Assembly: GCA_963806175.1 (NCBI GenBank)
Contig: CAWDXA010000011.1
Coordinates: forward strand, 1,170,782-1,234,781
Reading direction: 5' to 3'
Length of the DNA: 64,000 bases
Source of the DNA: an uncultured Chloroflexia bacterium
Lineage (GTDB): Bacteria; Chloroflexota; Limnocylindria; Limnocylindrales; CSP1-4
This document shows positions 63,536 to 64,000 of this stretch, piece after piece; within the stretch, counting starts at the first letter, position 1, and each line of letters begins with the position of its first letter. The notes under the pieces were generated by a model. The model made no database searches. It worked only from the letters and a program-made list of their open reading frames with translations, and had not been told where the DNA came from. The position numbers were made by a program, and so were the translations under genes.

Positions 63536-64000
63536 ATGACGGATCCGGTGATCACGCCGATCACGGACCACACGCTGGGTACGAGCCTCGACGAGACCGT
63601 CGTCTCGGAGCTCGTGCCGCCGGGTGCCCGCCGCACTCCCCGGCCGCGTGGCGAGCGGCCGCTCCTGGAGATCCGCGGCCTGCGCACGAGCTTCGCGACC
63701 CGCGACGGCTCGGTGAAGGCCGTCGACGGCATCGACTTCCACGTCGACCGCGGCGAGATCATGGGCCTCGTCGGCGAGTCGGGCTGCGGCAAGAGCGTCA
63801 CGGCCCTGTCGATCATGCGACTCGTCGCGAAGCCGGGCCGGATCGACGCCGGCCAGATCATGTTCGACGGACAGGACCTGCTGACCCTGAGCGGCGAGTC
63901 GATGCGCAAGGTCCGCGGCAACCGGATCAGCATGATCTTCCAGCAGCCGACCTCGTCGCTCAACCCGGTCTGGGACGTCGGTCGCCAGATCGAGGAGGTC
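63536..64000 (+). CDS. Peptide ABC transporter ATP-binding protein DppD/OppD (runs off the window)
   Basis: Manual translation: [11 protein letters not shown]...AVDGIDF...[13 protein letters not shown]...[13 protein letters not shown]. Confidence 0.93.
   Translation, partial: MTDPVITPITDHTLGTSLDETVVSELVPPGARRTPRPRGERPLLEIRGLRTSFATRDGSVKAVDGIDFHVDRGEIMGLVGESGCGKSVTALSIMRLVAKPGRIDAGQIMFDGQDLLTLSGESMRKVRGNRISMIFQQPTSSLNPVWDVGRQIEEV

Overview
High-GC (roughly 70% by eye) bacterial chromosomal segment, mostly housekeeping. Gene content and protein style suggest a monoderm Chloroflexota, probably Limnocylindria/Ellin6529-like (inference). Left to right: dnaE 5' end; nucleoside ABC transporter, nucleoside hydrolase, P450 and CoA-binding protein; gatB; a LacI-controlled cellobiose ABC/GH94 phosphorylase cassette with palindromic operators; aminotransferase; gatAC; GNAT; a Zn-ribbon unknown; ligA and pcrA; a lipoprotein; two tandem orphan Flp pilins with unusual Cys/Trp-repeat C-terminal domains; groESL with CIRCE; tatD; metG; a GGDEF protein; a 13-kb purine operon (purA-D-B-C-S-Q-L-F-M plus fused purN-purH) behind a structured leader ending in an intrinsic terminator; a GGDEF/HD-GYP hybrid; ssb; rsmI; a two-gene NAD synthetase; and a Dpp/Opp operon whose binding protein looks circularly permuted. 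Single-base indels break even essential genes (ligA, metG), so most frameshifts are probably sequencing/assembly errors. Best candidates for something new: the riboswitch-like pur leader (ZTP-like topology without the ZTP consensus), the extended Flp pilins, the PurN-PurH fusion and the permuted binding protein. No rRNA, tRNA, CRISPR, transposase or integrase was recognised. All calls are from reading motifs by eye; no searches were run.
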